Source of the DNA: Candidatus Woesearchaeota archaeon
Lineage (GTDB): Archaea > Nanobdellota > Nanobdellia > Pacearchaeales > GW2011-AR1
Direction of reading: 5' to 3'
DNA length: 37,698 bases
NCBI GenBank assembly: GCA_964354995.1
Contig: CAYHBQ010000003.1
Span: 1-37,698 of the forward strand
Position 1 is the stretch's first letter. Every line of letters begins with the position of its first letter. Below the pieces are notes generated by a model. It ran no database searches and was not told the DNA's origin. It saw only the letters and a list, made by a program, of their open reading frames with translations. The translations under genes and the position numbers were made by a program. Shown here piece by piece: positions 26,376 to 36,502 of this stretch.

Positions 26376-26410
26376 GTTTGAAAAATGGTGCGGAGTTATA
26401 TAAAGGTTTA

Positions 26411-28288
26411 CTACTTGCTCATCTCACGCAACTTGCGAAGTGTCTCTTCCATCTCTTTATCTACCTGCGACGTCGGTCTACGTGCTTGGGCTGCGGGCTG
26501 TGGTCGTACTCCGTATGATTGTGCGGGAGAACTTGGAGGGAAGGACGGTCTGCGAACCATAATGGGTGAAGAACTTGAGGTTTCTGGTCGACGCCCCTTG
26601 TGGAACATCATTTGCAACTTCTTTCGATACACAATTGCTAATACAACGATTAGTATGAGTATAAGAAGCAGACCAATCCAGAGCCAGAGATTTGAAGAGC
26701 TCGAATTGTCGGTGCCTGTACCTTCGGGCACGCAACACGTCTCGCTTGAGGAAACACATGCGTAGTTCTCTTCAGTTTCTCCCGCTTCGCACGAGCCCGT
26801 CGTACAGAAGCCATTATTATCTTCACACTCATTCACTGAAGGTTGTGTGCGTGGAACGCAGGAGCCTATGCAACATTGACCGTCCGCAGAATCGCGTGGC
26901 GTCCCTGTGCATTCTTCACTCAAACTGCATTTGTTGCCATTTAACGAGGCACATGAGGGCTGTACAGGGGTTTTAGAACAGCAGAAGAGCGTGCCGGGAC
27001 AGTCGTAATTGCGAAGCTCTTCACCCTGCGCGTCAATACATTGTAAGATAGATTCGACACAAGAATACGCCGGACTTGCGTCAATACAGGATTCGACCGA
27101 ACTCGCATTTGAACCTGGACCCGGTGTGTCTCCCGAGCCACCATTCGATCCGCCTGGTCTTCCTCCTGGCCAGCCCGCGTACAAAATAAACGCGGTGCTT
27201 CTGAAATTGTTGTTGTCCCAACAGCCGTTCGCACCTTGCACTTCGAGTAAATAGTTTTTCGCATTGGATACTTCTGCAACAGACGTTTTCTTTTGTAATG
27301 CTAAAAGAGCTAGAGCGGTATCGTAGAACCTATTGTATTCGCTCCCTGCCGCTTCCCAGAACTGACGAGAACGTTGCGCTTCTATAAGCCTCGTGTAATA
27401 ATCTTGACCTCCGGTAAGTTTGAAAAGAAATGCTTCAGGGAAATATTCTTCCTGACTCTCTGCAAATGCGGCGAGATACGGCACATAACTTGTTACTCTC
27501 GTGCCTGCAGCGTCAAGTGCGGTGGTAGCCCAGAGCGAGCCCTCGTAGTCACAATCGGAAGAAGCATCGTTTTTGAAACAACGGGAAGTGATTGATTCGT
27601 TCGTGGTTCCGTCTGCGGGCTTTGACTGGGTGTTTGGCGAGACAAAGAGCGTATCCGAATCGGACTGTTTATACAGCAGTGTGGTGAGAAAATCCTTGTT
27701 GCATGAAACTTCATACGAGTAGTCTAAGCAAGAAGGTGCGATTTCAAGCCAATAGCCTGAAGGAACGATTGAAAGGCAGGGACCAAGAAGATCGCTCGTT
27801 AATTTCATATCAGAACCTATCGCAAGCGTGTAATCTGTTGAGCTATATTTGATGTGGCAGACTGCAGCCTCGTGGTTTTCTACATCAATCTCTAAAAACC
27901 AGGTCAAGCCCGTTGTCGCACCCGACTTGGAAAGAAGCCAGTTTTCTATTTTCTTAGTATCCCTTCCCAATACTCGATATGCGAGCAAGGCTTGGGCCGT
28001 CTCTTTAATAGTACATGCTGAGCGTGGCCAACAGGTCTGATTAGAAGTCATTGAACGATTCTCGCTGTCGAGCTTTTGCACGGCTTTTGCATTATTTCCC
28101 AGTGCGAGCACACCGAATATAGATTCCTGTAAAGAGAGCGTCACCGTAGTTTTGTTATTTATTCCGTTCTCGAGACAGGTATAGGCTTTAGAAATTTTGA
28201 ATTCTTCGGTATCATTTTCTTCTGCAGAAACCAACGAAACCAAGGTGATGCACAAAATAAAAATGAGGACACCGCTTTTTACATTCAT
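26411..28288 (-). CDS. surface protein with alpha/alpha-toroid-like repeats, Cys-rich modules and C-terminal TM
   Basis: ETAQALLA, YDTALALLAL, YLLEVQGANGCW..STAFILY; several Cys repeats; TM helix and cytoplasmic tail. Confidence 0.8.
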   Translation of the reverse strand: MNVKSGVLIFILCITLVSLVSAEENDTEEFKISKAYTCLENGINNKTTVTLSLQESIFGVLALGNNAKAVQKLDSENRSMTSNQTCWPRSACTIKETAQALLAYRVLGRDTKKIENWLLSKSGATTGLTWFLEIDVENHEAAVCHIKYSSTDYTLAIGSDMKLTSDLLGPCLSIVPSGYWLEIAPSCLDYSYEVSCNKDFLTTLLYKQSDSDTLFVSPNTQSKPADGTTNESITSRCFKNDASSDCDYEGSLWATTALDAAGTRVTSYVPYLAAFAESQEEYFPEAFLFKLTGGQDYYTRLIEAQRSRQFWEAAGSEYNRFYDTALALLALQKKTSVAEVSNAKNYLLEVQGANGCWDNNNFRSTAFILYAGWPGGRPGGSNGGSGDTPGPGSNASSVESCIDASPAYSCVESILQCIDAQGEELRNYDCPGTLFCCSKTPVQPSCASLNGNKCSLSEECTGTPRDSADGQCCIGSCVPRTQPSVNECEDNNGFCTTGSCEAGETEENYACVSSSETCCVPEGTGTDNSSSSNLWLWIGLLLILILIVVLAIVYRKKLQMMFHKGRRPETSSSSPIMVRRPSFPPSSPAQSYGVRPQPAAQARRPTSQVDKEMEETLRKLREMSK

Positions 28289-28329
28289 AAAGAATACAAG
28301 CCCACGGTGTTTATAAAGATTTAGAGCAG

Positions 28330-29925
28330 TCACGAAGAAGCGTTCTTTTTTTTGAGTGCGCGAGAAACTTCGACGAGCGGGTTTTTTGCATCAGGATCTT
28401 TTTCAATAAGACCGATATCTTTGTAAAAACTTTGATTTTCATAATTCGGTGGGAGGATTTTCTTCTTCTGTTTAAAGTGCCAATTGAGTTGGCTACGCAC
28501 ATATCCCTCCTTGAGTGGAGGCTGATTTTTTTCATTCCATTCGAAAACGCGAGCAGTGGTCGCTTCATCGCTAAACCCTGCACAACGTAAAAACGTTATG
28601 AGTATGAAAAGTCCCCGTTTCTTGCCATCTACAAGCCCCTTCAGTAATATTTTGATTGAAGAGGGGAACATGTCCTCTGTTACCCCCGTGAGCGTTGTGG
28701 GTTCGAACTCTCGAGCATAGGTGCGTGCCCGCTCTGTAACCGATTTTTGTGCGGATTTGCGTTGGAGTGCTATGCGCAACAAATCAGTTGCTTCCCCAGG
28801 AACTGGAATAGGGGCGTATAGTTGAGGAATCGCTCGTAGAGGGTCTGCATCTCGGGGAGTGAAAGTAGCTACTTGCGATTTAGTTAAGACAACGCTTGCA
28901 AGAGAAGTTTTTTCATGGAGAGAATAGGGCATGCGAAATAAATGACGAGGAGAGACGAGTACAAGGTCAAGAGAACCAAGTTTATCGCCTGCGATTTCTT
29001 GGTCCGCCTTCTCGGCGTATGTTGCAGGTTTATTTGCGTAAATAGTCTTATTTGAAGAAGCGTGTTCATCTTTTCTGTTAGAAACTCCGCAATGAGGGCA
29101 TTTCCAGAATTCTTTTTCTTCGAGAACATCGAAAAACCCTGGGCACGTTTCATTTGTGCATTTAATCCGTTTTTTGGTCACTTTAAAATCAGGGCGTTCA
29201 TAGAGCGTTTTACATCGATCGCAGCACATCTTTACGAGGGTATGCGTCTTCACGGCGTGATTGCAGTTCGGGCAAGTCGTTTGTACTAGTTCCTCTTTCG
29301 AAAGTTTTGTTTTTCTTTGTAAGGCTTCGATATTTACCCCTAATGCGGTTACCGCTCGATTATACATCGGCTTTATATCTTCGAGGATGTACTCTACGAT
29401 GGCTCGAGGCCATTCAGGAAATGCATCTTTTCTGAGCGTTCCTTCGAATTCTTCGGGAAAAGCCTCGCCCGGAACAATAATATGAAACCCCTTGCTTCCC
29501 GAGAACTTAACTCCATAATGTTTTACCCCTTGACGCTCCAGAAGATCGAACACGAGACGGGCTGCAATTTTCGCATAGTCTAGGTAAGGGGAGTCTATAT
29601 CGATAAGCAAATCCCATGAAATGCGTAGTTCTGCGAGCTTTGAAGGATGCATGTCGCTCTGTATTTGTAACGGATCAGACCATATCTCTTCTGAACCGTG
29701 AAACGAGGTGGCTCCCCGAGATACGAGCGCCATGATGTCTGCAGGATATTGTAGTGTATCAGGGCGTTTACCAAATCCCTCATAATATCGAGGGACTACT
29801 TCTCGACCCTGCGCAAACGAGAGCAATGCTTGTTGAATTGCCGGTTTTGAATAGTACATACGCGTGAGTGCACGAATGCGCAGTTCTGAGGGCGAGGCCT
29901 CTTCTTTTTCTTCCACGCGTTTCAA
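28330..29925 (-). CDS. priSL: fused DNA primase PriS-PriL (DPANN type) with Zn-ribbon insertion
   Basis: WDLLIDID, KFSGSKGFHI, RHLFRMPYSLHEKT; C-terminal DGKKRGLFILITFL..WNEKN..PL. Confidence 0.9.
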   Translation of the reverse strand: MKRVEEKEEASPSELRIRALTRMYYSKPAIQQALLSFAQGREVVPRYYEGFGKRPDTLQYPADIMALVSRGATSFHGSEEIWSDPLQIQSDMHPSKLAELRISWDLLIDIDSPYLDYAKIAARLVFDLLERQGVKHYGVKFSGSKGFHIIVPGEAFPEEFEGTLRKDAFPEWPRAIVEYILEDIKPMYNRAVTALGVNIEALQRKTKLSKEELVQTTCPNCNHAVKTHTLVKMCCDRCKTLYERPDFKVTKKRIKCTNETCPGFFDVLEEKEFWKCPHCGVSNRKDEHASSNKTIYANKPATYAEKADQEIAGDKLGSLDLVLVSPRHLFRMPYSLHEKTSLASVVLTKSQVATFTPRDADPLRAIPQLYAPIPVPGEATDLLRIALQRKSAQKSVTERARTYAREFEPTTLTGVTEDMFPSSIKILLKGLVDGKKRGLFILITFLRCAGFSDEATTARVFEWNEKNQPPLKEGYVRSQLNWHFKQKKKILPPNYENQSFYKDIGLIEKDPDAKNPLVEVSRALKKKNASS

Positions 29926-30122
29926 GAATGAGCGGGCTTTTTATGATTTTGTATGGCCTGTTAAAAAGGAAGTTGGAGAGTCTACTCTAAGGCTGACCAG
30001 ACCCTGATTGTTGTGGAGTCAAATGAAAATAACAACGAAAGAACGACGTGGTTCTCGGTTTAATCTGAATGCGTGTGTTTTAGCATAACAAACCTTATAA
30101 GCTCTCACGTCGGTGAACAACT

Positions 30123-30851
30123 ATGTTATTGAAACTTGATGACCCTCGGTTTTTTGGCACCCTCATAAGCATTATTTCAGAGCTTGTCACAGAAGTTCGT
30201 CTCAAGATAACTAAAGAAGGTATGCGCCTCGTTGCACTCGACCCTGCAAACGTTGCGATGGTGTACTTCCATATTCCTGCCGAATTATTTTCGACCTTTG
30301 AGCTAGAAAAAGAAGAAATACTTGGAGTGAATTTGCAAAATTTGAGTCAGGTGCTTAAGCGTTGCGGTATGGGTAGCTCATTAATACTCTCTCGAGAAGA
30401 AAACCTTCTCAAGTTGACTATTCAGGATAGGATTAAACGAGACTTTGCACTGGCATTGATTAGTGTTGAGGGTGAAGAACGTGAACTTCCGACGTGGGAG
30501 TTTAAGAGCGTTATTAAAATGGATGCGCAAGTTTTTGTAGAGGTCATTGATGACTGTCTTGTTGTGTCTGATGCGTGTACATTTATTGCAGAACCTAATA
30601 GGTTCATTGTTGAAGCGCGAGGGCTTAACTCTGCACGAGCCGAGTTCTCGAGTGATGAAGTTGAAATCTATTCCGACCATAGCACGGCTCGTTTTTCTTT
30701 GGAGTATTTGGGCAAGTTTATCAAGGGAGCGAAGATTGCGAATAAAGTCGAACTTAACTTTTCAGATAATCATCCTATGCGCATTAACTTTCCTACAGGA
30801 AAAGTCATGCTTTCATTCGTGTTAGCGCCTCGTGTCGAGCAAGGCGATTAA
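30123..30851 (+). CDS. pcn: PCNA sliding clamp
   Basis: ALDPANVAMV, FSLEYL, C-terminal FVLAPRVE. Confidence 0.97.
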   Translation: MLLKLDDPRFFGTLISIISELVTEVRLKITKEGMRLVALDPANVAMVYFHIPAELFSTFELEKEEILGVNLQNLSQVLKRCGMGSSLILSREENLLKLTIQDRIKRDFALALISVEGEERELPTWEFKSVIKMDAQVFVEVIDDCLVVSDACTFIAEPNRFIVEARGLNSARAEFSSDEVEIYSDHSTARFSLEYLGKFIKGAKIANKVELNFSDNHPMRINFPTGKVMLSFVLAPRVEQGD

Positions 30852-30854
30852 TCG

Positions 30855-30869
30855 TAATACTTTGTATTA
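30855..30869. promoter_or_regulatory. palindrome TAATAC-ttt-GTATTA upstream of RHH gene
   Basis: Perfect 6-bp inverted repeat next to AT-rich TATA-like sequence. Confidence 0.5.
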
Positions 30870-30918
30870 TTAAATATATAATATCAACTTTTAAATACTC
30901 TGTCTGATTAAGTAATAA

Positions 30919-31065
30919 GTGAAAGAGCGTATTTCAGCGACTATAGATCAGAGTACATCTAAATCACTTGAACGAATTATGAAAGAGGGACGCTATCGCA
31001 ACAAGTCCCATGCTATAGAAGAGGCACTCAAATTCTTCGAGGAGAAAAAAGGCTATGAACAATAA
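30919..31065 (+). CDS. ribbon-helix-helix transcriptional regulator (48 aa, not in ORF track)
   Basis: GTG start; MKERISATIDQSTSKSLERIMKEGRYRNKSHAIEEALKFF CopG-like pattern; overlaps next start. Confidence 0.85.
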   Translation: MKERISATIDQSTSKSLERIMKEGRYRNKSHAIEEALKFFEEKKGYEQ

Positions 31066-31810
31066 AGGTCAGATTGCGATATTTATCATCGTGGGTGTGC
31101 TTATTTTTGTTTCACTCACCGTGTTTTTTCTTGTGCGAGACACCGAGGTAACACTGCCGACGGGAACTGAATTTGGTCCAGAGAGGTTTATGGGCAGCTG
31201 TGTCCGGCAATCATTGCGAGAAACAACCGATCTGATGCTTACGCAGGGAGGATTTGTCAATCCTAAAAATGCCGTCGTTTCTAATGGCACAACGGTGACC
31301 TATTTGTGTAAAAATATTAATTATTACGAAAGCTGTATCGCGCAGCATCCCGCCTATCTTTCGGAATTACAAGAAGAATTACGTGCCCAGCTTGTAAACG
31401 ACATTCCTTCTTGTCTTGATTCACTTAAAACGGAGCTCGAACGACGCAATTATGACGTGCAATTAGGAGAGTATGACGCTAAGGTTACGCTTAAACCTGA
31501 GATTGTTGATGTTTCCATTCCGATTGAATTAACGCTTACAAAAAATGACGTAGTACAACGAATCTCACAACTTGACACAAGTCTTCGCATACCTCTTTAT
31601 AACTTAGGACGTGTTGCAAACGAGCTGGTTTCACAAGAGGCCCGATTTTGTTATTCTGAGTATGTAGGTTATATGCTTCTTTATCCTTCGTATGACATTC
31701 GTGTAAAGACGTTGTCTGATACCACGAAGGTGTATAGTGTTACCCATCTACCAACCGATAAGACGCTACAATTTGCAATACGGGGGTGCGTAATTCCTGC
31801 AGGTATTTAA
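31055..31810 (+). CDS. pilin-like protein with class III signal peptide
   Basis: MNNKG|QIAIFIIVGVLIFV; QGG; YLC. Confidence 0.85.
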   Translation: MNNKGQIAIFIIVGVLIFVSLTVFFLVRDTEVTLPTGTEFGPERFMGSCVRQSLRETTDLMLTQGGFVNPKNAVVSNGTTVTYLCKNINYYESCIAQHPAYLSELQEELRAQLVNDIPSCLDSLKTELERRNYDVQLGEYDAKVTLKPEIVDVSIPIELTLTKNDVVQRISQLDTSLRIPLYNLGRVANELVSQEARFCYSEYVGYMLLYPSYDIRVKTLSDTTKVYSVTHLPTDKTLQFAIRGCVIPAGI

Positions 31811-31811
31811 C

Positions 31812-34800
31812 ATGACACACAAAAAATCGATTGCATGGTTCGAGTTAGTGTTGTTGGTGAGCGCGAGCGTCGCGTTTTCTTCTATCATGAATGATGCGAG
31901 CCAAGGATTGACGTTATACGGAAAAGACTCCGAGCATGCATTTATTGTTACGGTGCGCGGTATGTTTATTGCATTTTTTGGACATAATCTCGTTTCAGCG
32001 GAAGAAGTGTTGTGGACATGTCCTCTTGATAAAAACGGAGTCTATTGCCAAGAGTATGGATATCAGGTATGCGATGGAAATTGCACAACCAGTTGTGTTC
32101 AGGCGCGCCGCGAGTTCACTAGTGATTGTCGTATAGGGACGTGTGTCGATGCGTCCAAAGGCACCTGTATGCCGAGCCCGCAACGAAACTGCAACGCTTC
32201 GTGGACAGAGACCCCGTTATCCGACATTCCTGCCTGTCGACCGGGGTGTTGTATCATTGGTTCTGAAGCACAATTTATGTCTCAAGTTGGATGCGATGCA
32301 TGGCGTGCAGATCTTGGCCTTGAAGACGATGAAGTTGGCGCTATCTTTGAACCCGTTGGAAGCGAACTCGAATGTCTCGCTAAAGCCAATGGTCAGGAAG
32401 AGGGTGCGTGTGTGCTCGGGGAAAGTGAGTTTGGTTTACGTGAATGTAAGTTTGGCACAAAAGAGCAATGTAATGGGTTAAGTGGAACGTTTTATAGTGG
32501 ATTTTTGTGTTCACATCCTGCGCTTAATACGACTTGTGAACCGCAAGCAACTACTGATTGCGTTTCAGGAAAAGATGAAGTGTATTGGTTCGATAGCTGT
32601 GGTAACCGCGAGAATATTTACAGTTCACTCAAACCGATAAGTTTCAATGGAGGATTGTTGTTGTCCAAAAATCAAAGTTGCGACCTTGTCGACCCTGCTC
32701 GAGAGCCCAATCGGTTTTCCGTTCAACAAAAAAGCTGTGGAAATTGTAATTATCTTCAAGGGAGTCGATGTGGGCCAAAGACCACTGCAGAATTCGCATC
32801 TATAGGCGACGTCGTTTGTCGGGATATTAGTTGCATAGACGAAACCGGCACGCGACGTAGCCACGGTGAAAGTTGGTGTGCATTTGATTCGCGCATCGGA
32901 GTAGAAGATGAAAGTAAAACTAATCTCCAACGAAGCGTTGATGTTCCCGGTAGCCAGCACTACCGCAAGACGTGCGCGAATGGAAAGATAACGACTGAAA
33001 CGTGCGGCAGTTTCCGTAACCAGATTTGTGTCGAGTCGATCGTTGATGTTCCCGGCGGTAAAGATTTCTCGGAGGCTGCATGTCGCCTCAATCAATGGCA
33101 GTTATGCCTTGCAGCGAATCAGCAAGCGGAGGGTCTTGATGACCCTGCTGAAGCGACACAAGCAGTTACAGAAGAATGTGAAAAACATACCGATTGCACC
33201 ATGACAAATATTGACTTAACGAGTGGACGTGGCACGTTTGCATTTAGTACATGTGTACCCAAGTATCCCCCTGGATTTGATTTACAATCGAGCGCGAATG
33301 GGGATGAAGCCCAAGCGCTCTGTAGCCTCGGAACGGTTCAATGTAAATATGTGACTGTCAAAAAACTATTTGGAAGCAAGAAGAAGTACAATGCAGGATG
33401 TGTTGATAGTTCAGGCGCCGAAGCAATGAACAACTTTTGCATGAGTCTTGGCGACTGTGGGGCGCACATTAACCTCGAAGGAGACTATTCTGGCAAAGGA
33501 TTTAGAGTTTCTACAAGCCGAGGTGATGCTCCAGGAATTACATCGGGATATATTGCAGGGCTTAAGTTGCTTGAAAACCCTGCCGTTAATCAGAAGGTTG
33601 AACCGTTAAGTGAAACTGAACTTGTGTCCCTCTATGGGCTGCCTAGTGATGCGAGCGCAAGTCCTGAAGAGACTCAAAAAAAGATTTTTGATAGTATGAT
33701 GATGATTAGTGGAGCCAGTGGAATTTTACTCGCCTCTTTGATTTATCTTGCGCCTGAAGCGACGCTTATTTCTATTGGATCTGGACTAGGGCTTGGAACT
33801 TCTGGAACGGGGGCAATCATAACTGCAGTCGGAGACTATCCTGTTCTTGGTGCATATGGCGGTGCTGCTGCAGGGATTCTCATCGGAGCAGCAGGCGTTG
33901 CGTACATCCTTGATGCCTTGGGAATTACGGCAGGACTTGATCCTGCAATTACATATGCGCTTATAGGATTAGGTGCGTTTTCGGGCGCAGCAATTGGATG
34001 GAGTCTTGGAGGGGGCGGAGGTACGCTCCTTGGTGCAGCCCCGTGGGTCCTAGGCGCGTGGGGTCTCGTCGCCCTTGTAGTGATTATCGCTATCTTTTAC
34101 TTTTTGGGTATTGGAAAGAAGAAAGAAACTACAATAAACTTTCAGTGCTTGCCCTGGCAGCCACCTTTGGGAGGGGCTAACTGTAATGCGTGTGGTGCAG
34201 AGGGATTGCCGTGCACCAAATACGCGTGTCAGAGTTTAGGGCAGGCGTGTCGATATGTGGAAGATAGTGCAGAAGAGCAGTGTGTTAATGCGGGAATTGA
34301 CGACGTTTCTGCACCTGTCATACGTGAGGATGCCGCGGTGCTCTTGACGAATTACCGCTATACACAACTATCCGAACGAGGATATCACTTGGAAGGTCCT
34401 GCGGATGGATGTATCCCTCGATTTGAACGCGTACAGTTAGGCATCGCGACAAATGAACTATCGCAGTGTAAAGTGGCTCGCGTGCATACGGAAAGTTTTG
34501 ATGTGATGGAAGAATATTTTGCGCGATTCAATGGCAATGAAAATCCGTTGTTTAGACGTAACCATACGATGATTTTCTCGGTGCCAAGCAATGAAGCAAT
34601 AGAAAACGAACAAGCGATTGATGAAGAATTTGATGAAGATGGTTCTGATGAACAAGCAATGCATTACAGCAACTTGTTCCTTCCTGACGGAAGTGGAAAT
34701 GTTAACCTCTATGTACGTTGCACGGATGCGAATGGAAACAAAAATCTTCAAGAGTATGCCATTAATTTCTGTGTGACTGATGAACCTGATATGACTCCTC

Positions 34801-35696
34801 CCGTCATACGTCAGTTCAGCCCTGCAAGCCCTGCATATAGTGCGCTGGGTGCGACCGAACGCAGAATACACTTTTGGTTGAACGAGCCTGCAGAATGCCG
34901 TTGGAGTGAGAGTACCGACCAAGATTATGCGACTATGACGAATGAAGCGACCTGTGCTACCAGTCTTTCGGATGGCACGCCACAGGGGTGGGCCTGTAAC
35001 GCAACGTTGCCGACTCCCGCATCGGGGGTAAATGAGCGTTCGTTCTACGTTAGATGTAAAGACCAACCGTGGATAAACGAATCAGAGAGCGGTTCAAATG
35101 GGGCGCGTAATACAAACAATCAAGGCGTCAACTACATTATTAAGCCGACACTCGATGCTCTGCAAATTAATTCGGTGGCACCCGATAATGATACAATTTT
35201 TGTGCTCGGCTTGCCGTACCGCCTCAACTTTACGGTCACGACCGCGGGCGGGGCGAGCGGTCAAGCACGATACTGCTCTTACAAGAATAACAATGATTTT
35301 ATACGATTCTTTGAAACGGGAGGTGATACGCATAGACAGCCCGGCCTCACACTTGTAAGCGAAGGCAACTATAGCTATCCGATTGCATGTGAGGATTCGG
35401 TTGGTAATAGCGCCTCATCAGAGATTAGATTTGAGTTGGTCGTAGATGACCAAGGGCCGGCTATTACTCGTGTGTATAACAGTAACAATCGTCTCACGAT
35501 TATAACCAACGAGCACGCGCGATGCGCGTTTAAGACAACCTCGTGCTCATTTGCATTTGCGAACGGCACGCTTATGGACGGCGAACGATTTGAACATAGC
35601 ACGCCCTTTAGTAAAGATGTGAACAATTATATTTACTGTCAAGACCAATTTGGTAACCCGAGTGGATGTGTAACGGTGCGCGGAGGTACGCTCTAA
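31812..35696 (+). CDS. giant Cys-rich surface protein with internal Gly-rich hydrophobic region and C-terminal Ig-like domains
   Basis: 1294 aa; many Cys motifs; DEVYWFDSCGN; YVRC.D and D..PPVI repeats. Confidence 0.88.
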   Translation: MTHKKSIAWFELVLLVSASVAFSSIMNDASQGLTLYGKDSEHAFIVTVRGMFIAFFGHNLVSAEEVLWTCPLDKNGVYCQEYGYQVCDGNCTTSCVQARREFTSDCRIGTCVDASKGTCMPSPQRNCNASWTETPLSDIPACRPGCCIIGSEAQFMSQVGCDAWRADLGLEDDEVGAIFEPVGSELECLAKANGQEEGACVLGESEFGLRECKFGTKEQCNGLSGTFYSGFLCSHPALNTTCEPQATTDCVSGKDEVYWFDSCGNRENIYSSLKPISFNGGLLLSKNQSCDLVDPAREPNRFSVQQKSCGNCNYLQGSRCGPKTTAEFASIGDVVCRDISCIDETGTRRSHGESWCAFDSRIGVEDESKTNLQRSVDVPGSQHYRKTCANGKITTETCGSFRNQICVESIVDVPGGKDFSEAACRLNQWQLCLAANQQAEGLDDPAEATQAVTEECEKHTDCTMTNIDLTSGRGTFAFSTCVPKYPPGFDLQSSANGDEAQALCSLGTVQCKYVTVKKLFGSKKKYNAGCVDSSGAEAMNNFCMSLGDCGAHINLEGDYSGKGFRVSTSRGDAPGITSGYIAGLKLLENPAVNQKVEPLSETELVSLYGLPSDASASPEETQKKIFDSMMMISGASGILLASLIYLAPEATLISIGSGLGLGTSGTGAIITAVGDYPVLGAYGGAAAGILIGAAGVAYILDALGITAGLDPAITYALIGLGAFSGAAIGWSLGGGGGTLLGAAPWVLGAWGLVALVVIIAIFYFLGIGKKKETTINFQCLPWQPPLGGANCNACGAEGLPCTKYACQSLGQACRYVEDSAEEQCVNAGIDDVSAPVIREDAAVLLTNYRYTQLSERGYHLEGPADGCIPRFERVQLGIATNELSQCKVARVHTESFDVMEEYFARFNGNENPLFRRNHTMIFSVPSNEAIENEQAIDEEFDEDGSDEQAMHYSNLFLPDGSGNVNLYVRCTDANGNKNLQEYAINFCVTDEPDMTPPVIRQFSPASPAYSALGATERRIHFWLNEPAECRWSESTDQDYATMTNEATCATSLSDGTPQGWACNATLPTPASGVNERSFYVRCKDQPWINESESGSNGARNTNNQGVNYIIKPTLDALQINSVAPDNDTIFVLGLPYRLNFTVTTAGGASGQARYCSYKNNNDFIRFFETGGDTHRQPGLTLVSEGNYSYPIACEDSVGNSASSEIRFELVVDDQGPAITRVYNSNNRLTIITNEHARCAFKTTSCSFAFANGTLMDGERFEHSTPFSKDVNNYIYCQDQFGNPSGCVTVRGGTL

Positions 35697-35743
35697 TGCG
35701 ACGAATACGAAACCATTATAAACAATCTGAGAGTTTGGAGGAC

Positions 35744-36502
35744 ATGAACAAGAGAGGACAGATTGCGATATTCGTTTTGGTTGCAGTGGTTATCATTGCC
35801 GTGTTCGTGTGGTTTGTGATTCGACCTCGATTACCTCCCTCGTTAGGCGGAGCGGACGTTAATCCTTCCGCGTACCTGCGCGATTGCCTTCGAGCCGAAC
35901 TCCCTCCGATGATTTCAGAACTGAGTGCGCAAGGCGGCTCGCTTGTTCCTGACAATTTTATGACGTACGAAGGAACGAATGTTCAATATCTGTGTTATAC
36001 GTCAGAGGACTATGTACCTTGCACGGTTCAACAACCGCTCCTTACTACGCATGTTGCACAAGAGATTAAACGTGAGATTGAACCAAAAGCGAGGTCCTGT
36101 ATGGATGCGCTTGTTGCCCGTTATGAACAGCAGGGATACTCGGTAGATAGTGCTCCTCGTTCCGTTAAGGTGAGCATTGTTCCTGGTTCTATTGATGTTG
36201 TTTTTACGGCTCCTCTGACCGTTTCAAAGGAAAATGCTCAAACGTTTAGACAGTTTGGCGTTAGTCAGTCGAGTGAACTCTATGACTTGTTGATGACGGC
36301 CACTAGCATTATTGAATTTGAGTCTACGTTGGGTGATTCAGAGACGACGTATTACATGCAATTTTATCCTGATTTGAAGATAGAAAAGCTCAAAAAGGAT
36401 GATGACACCATTTATACGTTAACAAACGTGGTGACCGACGATAGTTTCAGATTTGCGACGCGTAGCCTTGTCTGGCCGCAAGGATACGGGGGCTCGTCAT
36501 GA
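35744..36502 (+). CDS. pilin-like protein with class III signal peptide (paralog of 31055-31810)
   Basis: GGAGG SD; MNKRG|QIAIFVLVAVVII; QGG; YLCY; FATR. Confidence 0.85.
   Translation: MNKRGQIAIFVLVAVVIIAVFVWFVIRPRLPPSLGGADVNPSAYLRDCLRAELPPMISELSAQGGSLVPDNFMTYEGTNVQYLCYTSEDYVPCTVQQPLLTTHVAQEIKREIEPKARSCMDALVARYEQQGYSVDSAPRSVKVSIVPGSIDVVFTAPLTVSKENAQTFRQFGVSQSSELYDLLMTATSIIEFESTLGDSETTYYMQFYPDLKIEKLKKDDDTIYTLTNVVTDDSFRFATRSLVWPQGYGGSS

Noticed and set aside
28980-29340. Primase insertion as an intein
   Set aside because: No intein splice-junction motifs (C-terminal HN followed by C/S/T) or LAGLIDADG motifs
29926-30122. Intergenic region between primase and PCNA as possible origin or C/D-box sRNA
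   Set aside because: No ORB-like repeats, canonical C box or convincing stem found by eye
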